A stretch of 64,000 bases of DNA, from assembly GCA_011389735.1 (NCBI GenBank), contig JAABTS010000005.1, positions 4,338 to 68,337 on the forward strand. The letters run 5' to 3'. The translations under genes and the position numbers were made by a program. This document shows, in pieces, positions 36,249-45,973 of this stretch. The stretch is from Desulfobacteraceae bacterium (lineage in GTDB: Bacteria; Desulfobacterota; Desulfobacteria; Desulfobacterales; JAABTS01). The stretch's first letter is position 1, and every line of letters begins with the position of its first letter. The notes below the pieces were generated by a model, which was not told the origin of the DNA, did not search any database, and worked only from the letters and a program-made list of their open reading frames with translations.

Positions 36249-36276
36249 AAACAGGCAAGGATGCCTGTTTTACTTG
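36249..36276 (+). terminator. second of two tandem stem-loops downstream of rpmE (weak terminator candidate)
   Basis: AACAGGCA-AGGA-TGCCTGTT followed by TT. A near-identical hairpin lies 32 nt upstream (36217-36240). Confidence 0.3.
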
Positions 36277-36326
36277 GATAAAACCGGCTGAATGGTATTC
36301 AATCACGGGTATTGTGTTTAGCAGGG

Positions 36327-36423
36327 TTGTACAAATTGATTTCAATGTGTTGTCGACCTGGGGCGTACCAAATAGTATAATCCCTGGCCCCCGCCTCGTG
36401 AAATTTAATTGGTGAAAACCTGT
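36327..36423 (-). repeat. REP-A copy (reverse, diverged core)
   Basis: ..AAATTGATTTCAATGTGTTGTCGACCTGGGG..AATAGTATAATCCCTGGCCCCCGCCTCGTGAAATTTAATTGGTGAAAACCTGT. Confidence 0.75.
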
Positions 36424-36558
36424 ATAATTTTTTTTGAAAAGCCGGAATGATGCTGTATCGATTCATTTGGATGGAGCGTATCGGATTATCGAGGATCGCC
36501 GGATCGATTTTTGGTTGCGCGAGCTATTGTAATTTTATGGAAAAGCAGGGACAAAGGC

Positions 36559-37659
36559 ATGTTTGAAAGGCTATTGGGGGTTGAAAGACGATATGTGGAG
36601 TTGGAAACTCTGTTGAGCGATCCCACTGTTTTGCAAAACCGGGAGGCGTACCAGGCTTACGCTCGGGAACATGCCGAATTGGAGGAAGTGGTTTCCGTTT
36701 TCAGAACGTATAAGCAGATGCTTGAGGAGTTTGACGGGAGTTCGGAGCTTCTTCGCGACGGAGATCCTGAAATCAAGGATCTGGCGCGTCAAGAACTGGT
36801 TCGGCTCGAAACCGAAAAGGAAGAGCTGGAAGAGACTCTTAAAAAGCTATTGACTCCCAAGGATCCGAATGACGACAAGAACGTTTTTATTGAGATACGA
36901 GCGGGAACGGGGGGCGAGGAGGCCGGTCTTTTCGCCGGGGATCTTTATCGAATGTACAGCCGGTTTGCGGAAAACAAGAGATGGAAGGTCGAGGTGATGA
37001 GCAGCAGCGTAACCGGAGTCGGCGGGTTCAAGGAAATCATCGCATTGATTCAGGGGAAAGGCGCTTTCAGCCGGCTGAAGTATGAAAGCGGCACTCATCG
37101 GGTGCAGCGGGTTCCGACGACGGAAACCCAGGGAAGAATTCACACATCGGCTGTAACGGTCGCCGTGCTTCCCGAGGCCGAAGAAGTTGAGCTGAAAATC
37201 GACGCCAATGAGCTGAAAATCGACGTTTACCGTTCGACCGGTCCCGGCGGGCAATCGGTCAACACGACTGATTCAGCAGTGCGAATCACCCATTTGCCGA
37301 CCGGCCTCGTGGTTACTTGCCAGGACGAAAAATCTCAGCACAAGAATAAAAGCAAGGCCATGAAAGTGCTCAGAGCGCGTTTGCTCGACCAGATGATTCA
37401 GGAACAGACCGATAAACGTTCTGAAGAGCGTAAAAGCCAGGTCGGCACAGGAGATCGAAGCGGCAGAATCAGGACCTATAATTTTCCCCAGGGGAGAGTC
37501 ACGGATCATCGGATCGGGCTGACGATTTACAAGCTTGATGAAATCCTTCAAGGAGCGATCGAAGAAATTATCGATGAACTCTCCACCTATTATCAGTCTC
37601 AGGCGCTTCAGCATGCGGAATCAGGTCAAAACCGGGGGCCGGTCTTGGACCATTCTTGA
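36559..37659 (+). CDS. prfA: peptide chain release factor 1
   Basis: GGQ motif ([21 protein letters not shown]) and RF1-type P-x-T tripeptide ([14 protein letters not shown]). The ATG at 36559 ([12 protein letters not shown]) is preferred over the track start 36511. Confidence 0.95.
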   Translation: MFERLLGVERRYVELETLLSDPTVLQNREAYQAYAREHAELEEVVSVFRTYKQMLEEFDGSSELLRDGDPEIKDLARQELVRLETEKEELEETLKKLLTPKDPNDDKNVFIEIRAGTGGEEAGLFAGDLYRMYSRFAENKRWKVEVMSSSVTGVGGFKEIIALIQGKGAFSRLKYESGTHRVQRVPTTETQGRIHTSAVTVAVLPEAEEVELKIDANELKIDVYRSTGPGGQSVNTTDSAVRITHLPTGLVVTCQDEKSQHKNKSKAMKVLRARLLDQMIQEQTDKRSEERKSQVGTGDRSGRIRTYNFPQGRVTDHRIGLTIYKLDEILQGAIEEIIDELSTYYQSQALQHAESGQNRGPVLDHS

Positions 37660-38512
37660 ACTTATCAGATGGACCGCCGGTTTTTTTAAGTCCCATAACA
37701 TTGAAAGTCCCAGGCCGTCTGCGGAAATCCTGCTCGCTCATTGCCTAGGAATGAACCGGGTCGACCTGTACGTCAATTTCGACAAACCTCTTACAGGCCC
37801 TGAACTAGATCGATACCGTGGATTCGTCAAACGCCGTGCGAACCGTGAACCGGCCGCTTATATCACAGGCCGGAAAGAATTCTGGTCACTCGATCTCACG
37901 GTTACGCCCGACGTACTCATTCCGCGTCCGGAAACGGAACATCTGGTCGAAGCCTGCCTCGCCGGGCTATCCGACAGGCAAAACCCGCCCCAACGGATTC
38001 TTGAACTCGGCGTGGGATCGGGCGCCGTTATTCTGGCCCTGGCCGGGGAAAATCCCGAGCATTTATTTTTTGCGTCGGACCGTTCTCCAAAAGCGCTCGC
38101 CGTCGCCAAAAAAAACGCAATCGATTTGTTTCCCAATCAGCAGATTCATTTTTTTGCAGGCGATTGGTTCGATCCTCTTTCTTCGGAAGCGACGGGGTTT
38201 GATATCATCGTTTCCAACCCTCCGTACGTCAAGACCTCGGATTTATCCCAACTGGAGCCGGAAATTCGTCAATACGAACCGGCCGCCGCTTTAGACGGAA
38301 AAGAAGACGGGCTTTCAGCGATCCGGCGTATTGTCGTCGATGCTCCGGAATATCTGAACCATGCCGGCGAGCTGTTTATAGAGATCGGATACGACCAGAA
38401 AGAACCGGTCAGACGTATCGTCCATGATTCGGGACGGTATGAAAATCTTTCATTTATAAAGGATTACGCCGGGCGTGACAGAATCGTTCGCATGATTAAA
38501 AAAGAAGTTTAG
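37613..38512 (+). CDS. prmC: release-factor glutamine N5-methyltransferase PrmC (HemK)
   Basis: Motifs [10 protein letters not shown] and VSNPPYV. The ATG at 37613 ([21 protein letters not shown]) overlaps the prfA 3' end by 47 nt. Confidence 0.85.
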   Translation: MRNQVKTGGRSWTILELIRWTAGFFKSHNIESPRPSAEILLAHCLGMNRVDLYVNFDKPLTGPELDRYRGFVKRRANREPAAYITGRKEFWSLDLTVTPDVLIPRPETEHLVEACLAGLSDRQNPPQRILELGVGSGAVILALAGENPEHLFFASDRSPKALAVAKKNAIDLFPNQQIHFFAGDWFDPLSSEATGFDIIVSNPPYVKTSDLSQLEPEIRQYEPAAALDGKEDGLSAIRRIVVDAPEYLNHAGELFIEIGYDQKEPVRRIVHDSGRYENLSFIKDYAGRDRIVRMIKKEV

Positions 38513-38863
38513 ATGAAACGTTCAAGCCCGGCCGGCCTTGAAACCTCCGGTGTAGATCGATATCGTCTTCCGGCAAATAAACGGCGCTGCTTTGCCGGCC
38601 CTGGATGTACGGTTGCGGCGCCTCTGGCCCGCAGCCTTGTGAAATTGTGAAAAGCGATAACATATCGTAAAACAATCAAAAAACGTTATGAAAAAGTTCA
38701 CGGCAAATAAATGTTGCGAAATTTTCCGAAATTTGCTAAGTGTACCCGATTGTATTATTGACACACGCTCACGGACTTGGTTTCGGTGCTTTCAGGACAG
38801 GCTGGGAGTCGAATCAAGGATGAAAGGGGCGGAGGAAAAAAACCGAAAAAAGGAGATTAAAAA

Positions 38864-39787
38864 ATGGCTTATGTTACAATGAAAGAACTGCTCGAAGCAG
38901 GGGTCCATTTCGGACATCAGACAAAACGCTGGAACCCGAAAATGAAACCTTATATTTTCGGGGCGAGGAATGGAATCTACATCATTGATCTGCAAAAAAC
39001 GGTCAGGATGTTCAAGACGGCCTACGATTTTATCGTGAACTGCACGTCCGAAGGGAAAACGGTGCTTTTCGTCGGAACCAAGAAACAGGCTCGGGATTCG
39101 ATCTATGAAGAGGCCAACCGGAGTGAAATGTATTATGTGCATAACCGGTGGCTCGGCGGAATGTTGACCAATTTCCAGACCATCAAGAAGAGCATCGACC
39201 GTTTGAATCATTTAAACGATATTCAGAACGACGGCTCCATCAACCTGTATCCGAAAAAGGAACGGGTGCAATTGGGCAAGGAGCAGGTGAAGCTGGACAA
39301 TACGCTGGGCGGAATCAAGACCATGACCAGGCTTCCCGGCGCCATGTTTATCGTGGACCCGAAAAATGAAGCCATCGCTGTCCGGGAGGGCAAACGGTTG
39401 AATATTCCCATTGTGGCCGTTGTGGATACAAATTGCAATCCCGAGGAAATCGATTATGTCATTCCCGGTAATGACGACGCCATTCGTGCGATCCGGCTGC
39501 TCACATCCAGAATCGCCGACGCATGTATAGAGGGAAGACGTCAATACAATGAAAAAGCGCAGGCTGATTCGGACAAGCGGGAGGATGTTGCGCACCACGA
39601 AATAACCGCCGCGAGTTCGGAAATGAAACCGGGAGAACGGAAGGTGATTTCCGACGGCGCTGACGGGCCGATCATCGAAATCGTCAAACGGAACCCGGCC
39701 GATGTAGAGGCGGAAACGGAAACTGAAACGGATGCGGTTGTGAATGCGGAAACGCAAGAAAAGCAAAACGCCTACGAAACCGAATAA
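38864..39787 (+). CDS. rpsB: 30S ribosomal protein S2 (with acidic C-terminal extension)
   Basis: [27 protein letters not shown]..., then a ~60-aa acidic tail. Confidence 0.95.
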   Translation: MAYVTMKELLEAGVHFGHQTKRWNPKMKPYIFGARNGIYIIDLQKTVRMFKTAYDFIVNCTSEGKTVLFVGTKKQARDSIYEEANRSEMYYVHNRWLGGMLTNFQTIKKSIDRLNHLNDIQNDGSINLYPKKERVQLGKEQVKLDNTLGGIKTMTRLPGAMFIVDPKNEAIAVREGKRLNIPIVAVVDTNCNPEEIDYVIPGNDDAIRAIRLLTSRIADACIEGRRQYNEKAQADSDKREDVAHHEITAASSEMKPGERKVISDGADGPIIEIVKRNPADVEAETETETDAVVNAETQEKQNAYETE

Positions 39788-39806
39788 ATGAGAATGGGAG
39801 TATAAA

Positions 39807-40403
39807 ATGACGGAAATTAGTGCTGCGTTGGTAAAACAGCTTCGGGAAAAAAGCGGAGCGGGCATTATGGATTGCAAGGAGGCGCTCAAGGAATGCGGCG
39901 CCGATATGGATAAAGCCACGGATTATCTTCGTAAGAAAGGTCTGGCGACCGCGGCGAAAAGAGCCGGCAGGAGTATGAAGGAAGGGATTATCGAATCCTA
40001 TATTCATATGGGCGGTAAAATCGGAGTGATGGTTGAGGTCAATTGCGAAACCGATTTTGTGGCCAAGACCGAAGATTTTAAGGAATTCGCCCGAAACATC
40101 GCCATGCATATCGCCGCGACCAGTCCATTGGGGATCGTTCAGGAGGACGTACCCGAAGATGTCGTCAATCGCGAACGGGAAATTTTCCAGGCGCAAGCCC
40201 TTGACAGCGGAAAGCCCGAATCGGTGGCCGTGAAAATTGTGGAAGGTAAACTGGCCAAGTTCTTCAAGGAAAATTGCCTGATGAATCAGCTTTATGTCAA
40301 GGATACGAACCTGACGATCGCGGATTATCTGAACGAGGTCATCGCAAAAACCGGAGAGAATATCAGTATCCGGCGTTTCGCCAGATTTCAACTGGGAGAA
40401 TGA
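39807..40403 (+). CDS. tsf: elongation factor Ts (short form)
   Basis: 198 aa. ISAALVKQLREKSGAGIMDCKEALKE; IGVMVEVNCETDFVAK. Confidence 0.95.
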   Translation: MTEISAALVKQLREKSGAGIMDCKEALKECGADMDKATDYLRKKGLATAAKRAGRSMKEGIIESYIHMGGKIGVMVEVNCETDFVAKTEDFKEFARNIAMHIAATSPLGIVQEDVPEDVVNREREIFQAQALDSGKPESVAVKIVEGKLAKFFKENCLMNQLYVKDTNLTIADYLNEVIAKTGENISIRRFARFQLGE

Positions 40404-40409
40404 TAATCA

Positions 40410-41126
40410 TTGGACACCGCCAAATATAAGCGGGTTTTGCTCAAATTGAGCGGCGAAGCCCTGATGGGAAATCAGGGCTTCGGAATCAACCCTGATACGC
40501 TTCAGTATGTCGGCGACGAAGTTCACGAAGTCGTTTCCTTGAATGTACAGCTTGCCATTGTTGTCGGCGGCGGCAACATTTTTAGAGGGATCGCCGCCGG
40601 GGCATACGGAATGGACAGAACAACGGCCGATCATATGGGAATGCTGGCCACGCTCATGAACAGCCTTGCTCTTCAAAATATGCTTGAAAAACAGGGGATT
40701 GCAACCAGGGTTCTGACGGCCATTTCAATGCATGAAGTGGCTGAACCCTATATTCTCAGGCGAGCGGTTCGGCATCTGGAAAAAGGGCGGGTCGTCATAT
40801 TCGCAGCCGGCACGGGAAATCCGTATTTCACCACCGATACCGCCGCTGTGCTTCGAGCTCAGGAAATTCACGCCGAAATCATTCTCAAGGCGACCAAGGT
40901 CGATGGGTTGTACGATTCCGATCCGGTGGTCAATGAATCCGCGAAATTGTTCAAACGGATATCCTATATGGAAGTGTTGGAGCGGCAGCTAAGGGTGATG
41001 GATATGACCGCCATTTCACTCGCTATGGACAATCAGCTTCCGCTTGTCGTGTTCAATCTCAATCAAAAAGGAAATATCAAAAAAGTTGTTTGTGGTGAAG
41101 AAGTCGGTTCTTTGATTGACGCTTGA
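40410..41126 (+). CDS. pyrH: UMP kinase
   Basis: 238 aa, TTG start. [35 protein letters not shown]. Confidence 0.95.
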   Translation: MDTAKYKRVLLKLSGEALMGNQGFGINPDTLQYVGDEVHEVVSLNVQLAIVVGGGNIFRGIAAGAYGMDRTTADHMGMLATLMNSLALQNMLEKQGIATRVLTAISMHEVAEPYILRRAVRHLEKGRVVIFAAGTGNPYFTTDTAAVLRAQEIHAEIILKATKVDGLYDSDPVVNESAKLFKRISYMEVLERQLRVMDMTAISLAMDNQLPLVVFNLNQKGNIKKVVCGEEVGSLIDA

Positions 41127-41211
41127 TCGCGCCGGTTCGAACCGGTCGGTGCAAGAGGACGCCCTTTGAATCGACGAAGCAAATAACCTTCTGAAATATA
41201 AGGAAATAACG

Positions 41212-41769
41212 GTGATTGACTCAGTATATGAAGAAACAGCGGACCGAATGGAAAAATCGGTTACCTCTCTTGAAAAAGAGTTAAAACGTATCAGAACCGG
41301 GCGGGCCTCCGCATCCTTGTTGGACGGTATAAAAGTGGACTACTATGGAACCATGACGCCGCTGAATCAAATGGCGTCGATATCCGTTCCGGAAAGCCGC
41401 TTGATCATGATTCAGCCCTGGGATGTTACGGGAATCAAAGAGATTGAGAAAGCGATCCTGAAATCGGATTTGGGACTGACTCCGAACAGCGACGGCAAGG
41501 TCATCAGGATCAATATCCCGCCGTTGACCGAGGACAGGCGCAAAGAACTCGTCAAGGTGGTGAATAAAATGTGCGAGGAGCATAAGGTGGCGATTCGCAA
41601 TATCCGCCGGGATTCCAACGAACTCGTAAAAGGCTTGAAAAAGGACGGGGATATTTCCGAAGACGATGCGTTCAAGGCTCAGGATCACATTCAGAAAATA
41701 ACCGATGAGCACATCGAAAAAATCGATGTGTTGTACCGGAAAAAAGAGAAAGAGATTCTTGAAATTTAA
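41212..41769 (+). CDS. frr: ribosome recycling factor
   Basis: 185 aa, GTG start. RTGRASASLLDGIKVDYYG, IRNIRRD. Confidence 0.95.
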   Translation: MIDSVYEETADRMEKSVTSLEKELKRIRTGRASASLLDGIKVDYYGTMTPLNQMASISVPESRLIMIQPWDVTGIKEIEKAILKSDLGLTPNSDGKVIRINIPPLTEDRRKELVKVVNKMCEEHKVAIRNIRRDSNELVKGLKKDGDISEDDAFKAQDHIQKITDEHIEKIDVLYRKKEKEILEI

Positions 41770-42514
41770 CCGGCCGGAAGATTCTCCCGTTGAAGGGATC
41801 GATAGCGGCAATCTTCCAAAACATATCGCTGTTATCATGGACGGGAACGGGCGTTGGGCCAAAAAGCGCCTGTTAAATCGAGTCAAGGGGCACGAAAAAG
41901 GGATGGACGCTGTTCGCACGGTGGTGAGAACCTGCCGTGAAATCGGCGTCTCGGTCCTTTCGCTCTATGCCTTTTCGACCGAAAACTGGCGGCGTCCCAA
42001 AGCGGAAATCTCCGCCCTCATGACGATTTTGCACCGCTTTATCGAATCCGAACGGGACGAGATTCATGGAAATAATATTCGCGTCAATATTATCGGGCAA
42101 AAAGAACGGCTTCCGGAAGATGTTCAACGGAAATTAAATGATTTCATTGACCTGACCCGCGACAACGACGCCATGATCCTGAACATTGCGCTCAGTTACG
42201 GGGGCCGCGCCGAGATTACGGACATGGTCAAGGAGATCGCCGGACTCGCCGTTCGAGGCCGGATCAACCCCGACGATATTTCAGACGATGTTATCGCCGA
42301 TCATCTTTACACTCGCCGGCAACCGGACCCGGACATGCTGATCCGGACAAGCGGCGAAACGCGGATCAGTAATTTTCTGCTCTGGCAGATCGCCTACACC
42401 GAACTTTTTTTTCCGGAAACGCTCTGGCCTGATTTTGGGCGAAACGATCTTATCGAGCTGATCAAAGCCTATCAAAAACGCAAACGGCGGTTCGGAAAAG
42501 TAAAGGAGGAATAA
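41705..42514 (+). CDS. uppS: undecaprenyl diphosphate synthase (start uncertain)
   Basis: Motifs HIAVIMDGNGRWAKKR, FSTENWRRP, RTSGETRISNFLLWQ. The ATG at 41705 would overlap frr by 65 nt; an in-frame TTG at 41759 is an alternative start. Confidence 0.9.
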   Translation: MSTSKKSMCCTGKKRKRFLKFNRPEDSPVEGIDSGNLPKHIAVIMDGNGRWAKKRLLNRVKGHEKGMDAVRTVVRTCREIGVSVLSLYAFSTENWRRPKAEISALMTILHRFIESERDEIHGNNIRVNIIGQKERLPEDVQRKLNDFIDLTRDNDAMILNIALSYGGRAEITDMVKEIAGLAVRGRINPDDISDDVIADHLYTRRQPDPDMLIRTSGETRISNFLLWQIAYTELFFPETLWPDFGRNDLIELIKAYQKRKRRFGKVKEE

Positions 42515-42520
42515 CTCCTC

Positions 42521-43330
42521 ATGCATTTGAAACGATGGATTACCGGGCTTATTGCGCTTCCGTTTCTCATTTTTCTTATCTATAAAGGCGGCGCATACTT
42601 CACTGTTCTGGCGGGAATAGCCTGTATGACGGCGCTATACGAATATTACCGGCTTGTATTCGTCAATTCCGAAACAAAATTTTTCCTGCTTTTTTCCGTC
42701 CCGGGATTTTTAGCCGGTGCAGGGATGATCGTTGCGGCCGGAAACCTGAATACCGATCTGGTATTGCTTCCGCTTTTCGGCGACCTGCTTATCATTGCGT
42801 TCATTTCCCTGTTTATTTACGGAAGAGATCCCGATCTTCCGGTCAAGATCGTCAAACAGCTTACGGGAATCGTATATATCGCGGGGTCACTGTCCTTGCT
42901 CACGCTCGTCAGAAATTCACCGGACGGAATGATCTGGATCTTTTTTATGATCGGAATAATATTCGCTGGCGATATCGGAGCCTATTATACGGGGAGGAAA
43001 TTCGGCCGGCGCAAAATTTGTCCGTCGGTTAGCCCTGGAAAAACGGTTGAAGGATCTCTTGGCGGCGTCGCCTCCAATATCGTGTTCGGTTCCCTGGTGA
43101 AGGCTTTGTTTTTACCGGCTATCCCCTGGGCTGGAGGCGTTTTGATGTTTTTTTTGATCGGAGCCGCCGGCCAGATCGGCGATCTGTTTGAATCCATGTT
43201 TAAAAGAACGGCCGGGATCAAGGATTCCGGCGTCATTTTACCGGGTCACGGAGGTATGCTGGACAGAATCGATGCTTTGTTATTCGCATCGCCCGTCGTA
43301 TATCTGTTTCATATTGTTATTTTCGCCTGA
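42521..43330 (+). CDS. cdsA: phosphatidate cytidylyltransferase
   Basis: 269 aa, multi-TM. Signature SMFKRTAGIKDSGVILPGHGGMLDRIDAL. Confidence 0.9.
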   Translation: MHLKRWITGLIALPFLIFLIYKGGAYFTVLAGIACMTALYEYYRLVFVNSETKFFLLFSVPGFLAGAGMIVAAGNLNTDLVLLPLFGDLLIIAFISLFIYGRDPDLPVKIVKQLTGIVYIAGSLSLLTLVRNSPDGMIWIFFMIGIIFAGDIGAYYTGRKFGRRKICPSVSPGKTVEGSLGGVASNIVFGSLVKALFLPAIPWAGGVLMFFLIGAAGQIGDLFESMFKRTAGIKDSGVILPGHGGMLDRIDALLFASPVVYLFHIVIFA

Positions 43331-43372
43331 CCTCATATGGCTTTATGAGCCCTTAACGTATCGGCATTGACC

Positions 43373-44536
43373 ATGACACGACTCGCCATACTCGGTTCAA
43401 CAGGATCCATCGGCCGAAACACCCTGGATATCGTCCGCATGTTTCCGGATCGATTCTCCGTAACCGGGTTGACCGCAAACACCCATGTCGATCTTTTGGC
43501 CGAACAAATAATCTCCTTCAACCCCGCCGCAACCGCTGTATCGGACGAGTTCCACGCTGAAAAACTGAAACGCGCGCTCCCGCCCGGCCATCCATGTGAA
43601 ATTTTGTTTGGAACCCGGGGATACGAATCCGTAGCTTCGCATCCGGAGGCGGACATGGTGGTCACGGCGGTTGTGGGGTCGGCCGGGTTGAAACCCACTC
43701 TGGCCGCGATTGAACACGGCAAGGACATTGCGCTCGCCAATAAAGAAACGCTGGTCATGGCGGGGAAACTTGTCATGGCGGCGGCCGCGGAAAAAAACGT
43801 TCGGATTCGGCCGGTGGACAGCGAACACAGCGCAATATTTCAATGCCTGGCCGGAAACCGGCGTGAAGATCTCGATAAAATTATCATTACGGCTTCGGGC
43901 GGTCCCTTCTTCCGGAAACCGGATATCGATTTCAAAACGGTTCGGGTGGAAGACGCTCTAAACCACCCCAACTGGTCAATGGGAAGAAAGATCACGATCG
44001 ATTCCGCGACGTTGATGAACAAAGGACTTGAAGTGATCGAGGCCGGCGTGCTGTTTGACCTTCCCGCCGATCAAATCGAAGTGTTGATTCATCCACAGAG
44101 TATTGTTCATTCAATGACCGCTTTCCGGGACGGTTCCGTCATGGCGCAGCTCGGAGTCCCCGACATGAAAGGCGCCATCGCTCTGGCCCTGTCCTGGCCG
44201 GAACGGCTTCCCATCGGACAGCCAGTTCCGGATTTCCCGAAACTCGCAGGTCTTGATTTTTATCCGCCGGACATGGTAAGATTCCCTTGCCTGGCGATGG
44301 CCTTCGACGCATTGAGAAAGGGCGGGACGCTGCCGGCGGTGTTGAACGCAGCCAATGAGGCCGCTGTCGAAGCGTTCCTCGATAAACGGCTGCCTTTTTC
44401 AGGCATACCCGATGTTATCAGGAATGTTCTACAACACCATACGATTTGTCACGATCCCGGCCTCAGCGACATTATCGCCGCCGACGATCAAGCGTCCGCA
44501 AGCGCCCGCGAAATAATCGCCGGCGGTTTATGGTGA
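43373..44536 (+). CDS. dxr: 1-deoxy-D-xylulose 5-phosphate reductoisomerase
   Basis: ILGSTGSIG, LANKE, DSEHSAIFQC, NHPNWSMG. The ATG at 43373 is 2 codons inside the track TTG start. Confidence 0.95.
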   Translation: MTRLAILGSTGSIGRNTLDIVRMFPDRFSVTGLTANTHVDLLAEQIISFNPAATAVSDEFHAEKLKRALPPGHPCEILFGTRGYESVASHPEADMVVTAVVGSAGLKPTLAAIEHGKDIALANKETLVMAGKLVMAAAAEKNVRIRPVDSEHSAIFQCLAGNRREDLDKIIITASGGPFFRKPDIDFKTVRVEDALNHPNWSMGRKITIDSATLMNKGLEVIEAGVLFDLPADQIEVLIHPQSIVHSMTAFRDGSVMAQLGVPDMKGAIALALSWPERLPIGQPVPDFPKLAGLDFYPPDMVRFPCLAMAFDALRKGGTLPAVLNAANEAAVEAFLDKRLPFSGIPDVIRNVLQHHTICHDPGLSDIIAADDQASASAREIIAGGLW

Positions 44537-44579
44537 TCGAGGGAACTTTTGGAAACGCCTTGTCGTCAAAATGCGGGAT

Positions 44580-44614
44580 ACAGGTTTTCAGAAATTTTAT
44601 TTCCGGAAAGCTAT
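44580..44614 (+). repeat. REP-A minimal copy (outer arms only)
   Basis: ACAGGTTTTCAGAAATTTTATTTCCGGAAAGCTAT. Confidence 0.6.
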
Positions 44615-44704
44615 AAAATTGGCTCCCCTGACGTTTAACAATATCCGGATCAGAGGCGGATAATCCCGGGATTACCAGGATTCGAACCCTTCTGATGCTA
44701 CTAT

Positions 44705-44808
44705 CAGGCTTTCAAAAATTGAATTTCAGAATGCGACAGGTCGGAGATAATAAAGTCTTGTATGTCTTTGACCGATAATGCACTGAAATCTAATATCCGA
44801 AAGGCTAT
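44705..44808 (+). repeat. REP-A copy (diverged core)
   Basis: CAGGCTTTCAAAAATTGAATTTCAGAATGCGACAGG...GACCGATAATGCACTGAAATCTAATATCCGAAAGGCTAT. Confidence 0.7.
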
Positions 44809-44843
44809 AAACATTTAATAAAAAACGGAATCAATAAAAAACA

Positions 44844-45905
44844 ATGAGTTCACTAATCGCATTTATCGTCGTATTCGGAATACTGGTTTTTTTTCATGAA
44901 CTGGGGCATTTTTTAGTCGCCAAACTCATGGGCGTCGGCGTGGACACCTTTTCGCTGGGATTCGGCCCCAAATTGATCGGCAAAAAAAAGGGGCGCACTG
45001 AGTACCGTATTGCAGCCATACCGCTTGGCGGTTATGTCAAGATGGTCGGTGAGGAGCCCGACGCTGAAATTGCGGAAGAAGACATTCCTTTATCGTTCAC
45101 CCATAAAAGTGTGTACAAGCGTATGGCTATTGTGGCCGCCGGCCCTGTTTTCAATTTTCTGCTGGCGATCCTGATTTTTTTTGTGATGTCTCTTGTTTAC
45201 GGGGTGTTCATATTGAAACCCACCGTAGGAGACGTTCAGGAAGGCATGCCGGCTCAAAAAGCCGGGATCGAAAAAGGCGACCGAATCGTATCCATTGACG
45301 GCGGCGCGGTCGAAACCTGGCAGGATATGGTCGAAAAAATATCCATGTCCAACGGCGAACCTTTGATTATGGTCGTTCAGAGGGGCGAAAAGGAAATCCC
45401 TTTCACGGTTTTGCCCAAGCTGAAAGTTGAGGACATGTTCGGCGCCGAAGTAAAAACGTATCTGATCGGCATTGTCAGCGGCAAAGACGGATTCATTAAA
45501 CGGTTGAATCCATTTGAAGCCGCATGGGAAGGCGTTTACAGAACATTTCGAATGACCAAACTGATTTTTGTGGGCGTGTCCCGTCTGATTACCGGCGAAG
45601 AATCGCGCAAAAATATCGGAGGGCCGATACTGGTCGCACAAATGGCGGGTCATCACGCGGAACGCGGGATGCCGGAACTGATATCTTTTATCGCGTTCTT
45701 CAGTATTACGCTGGCGGTTCTGAATCTGCTCCCGATCCCCGTTTTGGACGGCGGCCATCTGATGTTCTTCGCCGTCGAAGCCGTAATCGGCCGGCCGGTC
45801 AACACTCGAATGCGGGAAATCGCTCAACAGGTCGGTTTTTTAATCCTTCTGATGCTGATGGTGTTCGCGTTTTATAACGATATCAGCCGTATTTTTACGA
45901 GTTGA
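44844..45905 (+). CDS. rseP: RIP site-2 metalloprotease RseP (single PDZ)
   Basis: 353 aa. HELGHF zinc motif, PDZ segment (GMPAQKAGIEKGDRIVSIDG), C-terminal NLLPIPVLDGGH. Confidence 0.9.
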   Translation: MSSLIAFIVVFGILVFFHELGHFLVAKLMGVGVDTFSLGFGPKLIGKKKGRTEYRIAAIPLGGYVKMVGEEPDAEIAEEDIPLSFTHKSVYKRMAIVAAGPVFNFLLAILIFFVMSLVYGVFILKPTVGDVQEGMPAQKAGIEKGDRIVSIDGGAVETWQDMVEKISMSNGEPLIMVVQRGEKEIPFTVLPKLKVEDMFGAEVKTYLIGIVSGKDGFIKRLNPFEAAWEGVYRTFRMTKLIFVGVSRLITGEESRKNIGGPILVAQMAGHHAERGMPELISFIAFFSITLAVLNLLPIPVLDGGHLMFFAVEAVIGRPVNTRMREIAQQVGFLILLMLMVFAFYNDISRIFTS

Positions 45906-45973
45906 CGCACTGCTTGTTTTTCGAGCCGTCATTGTTCATTCGCAAGCATGAACCTGATAGGGAGACCCAAAAA

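Noticed and set aside
36511-36558. N-terminal extensions suggested by the ORF track (prfA 36511, purL 48361, mltG 26591, DUF362 60732, polyferredoxin 59776, FecR-domain 19536, MntA 57100, TolB-like 45902, ABC ATPase 61087, ACAD 4879)
   Set aside because: The extensions run through repeats or upstream genes and lack SD sequences. In each case an internal ATG with an SD and a conserved-looking N-terminus (signal peptide, Tat motif or family N-terminus) is preferred.
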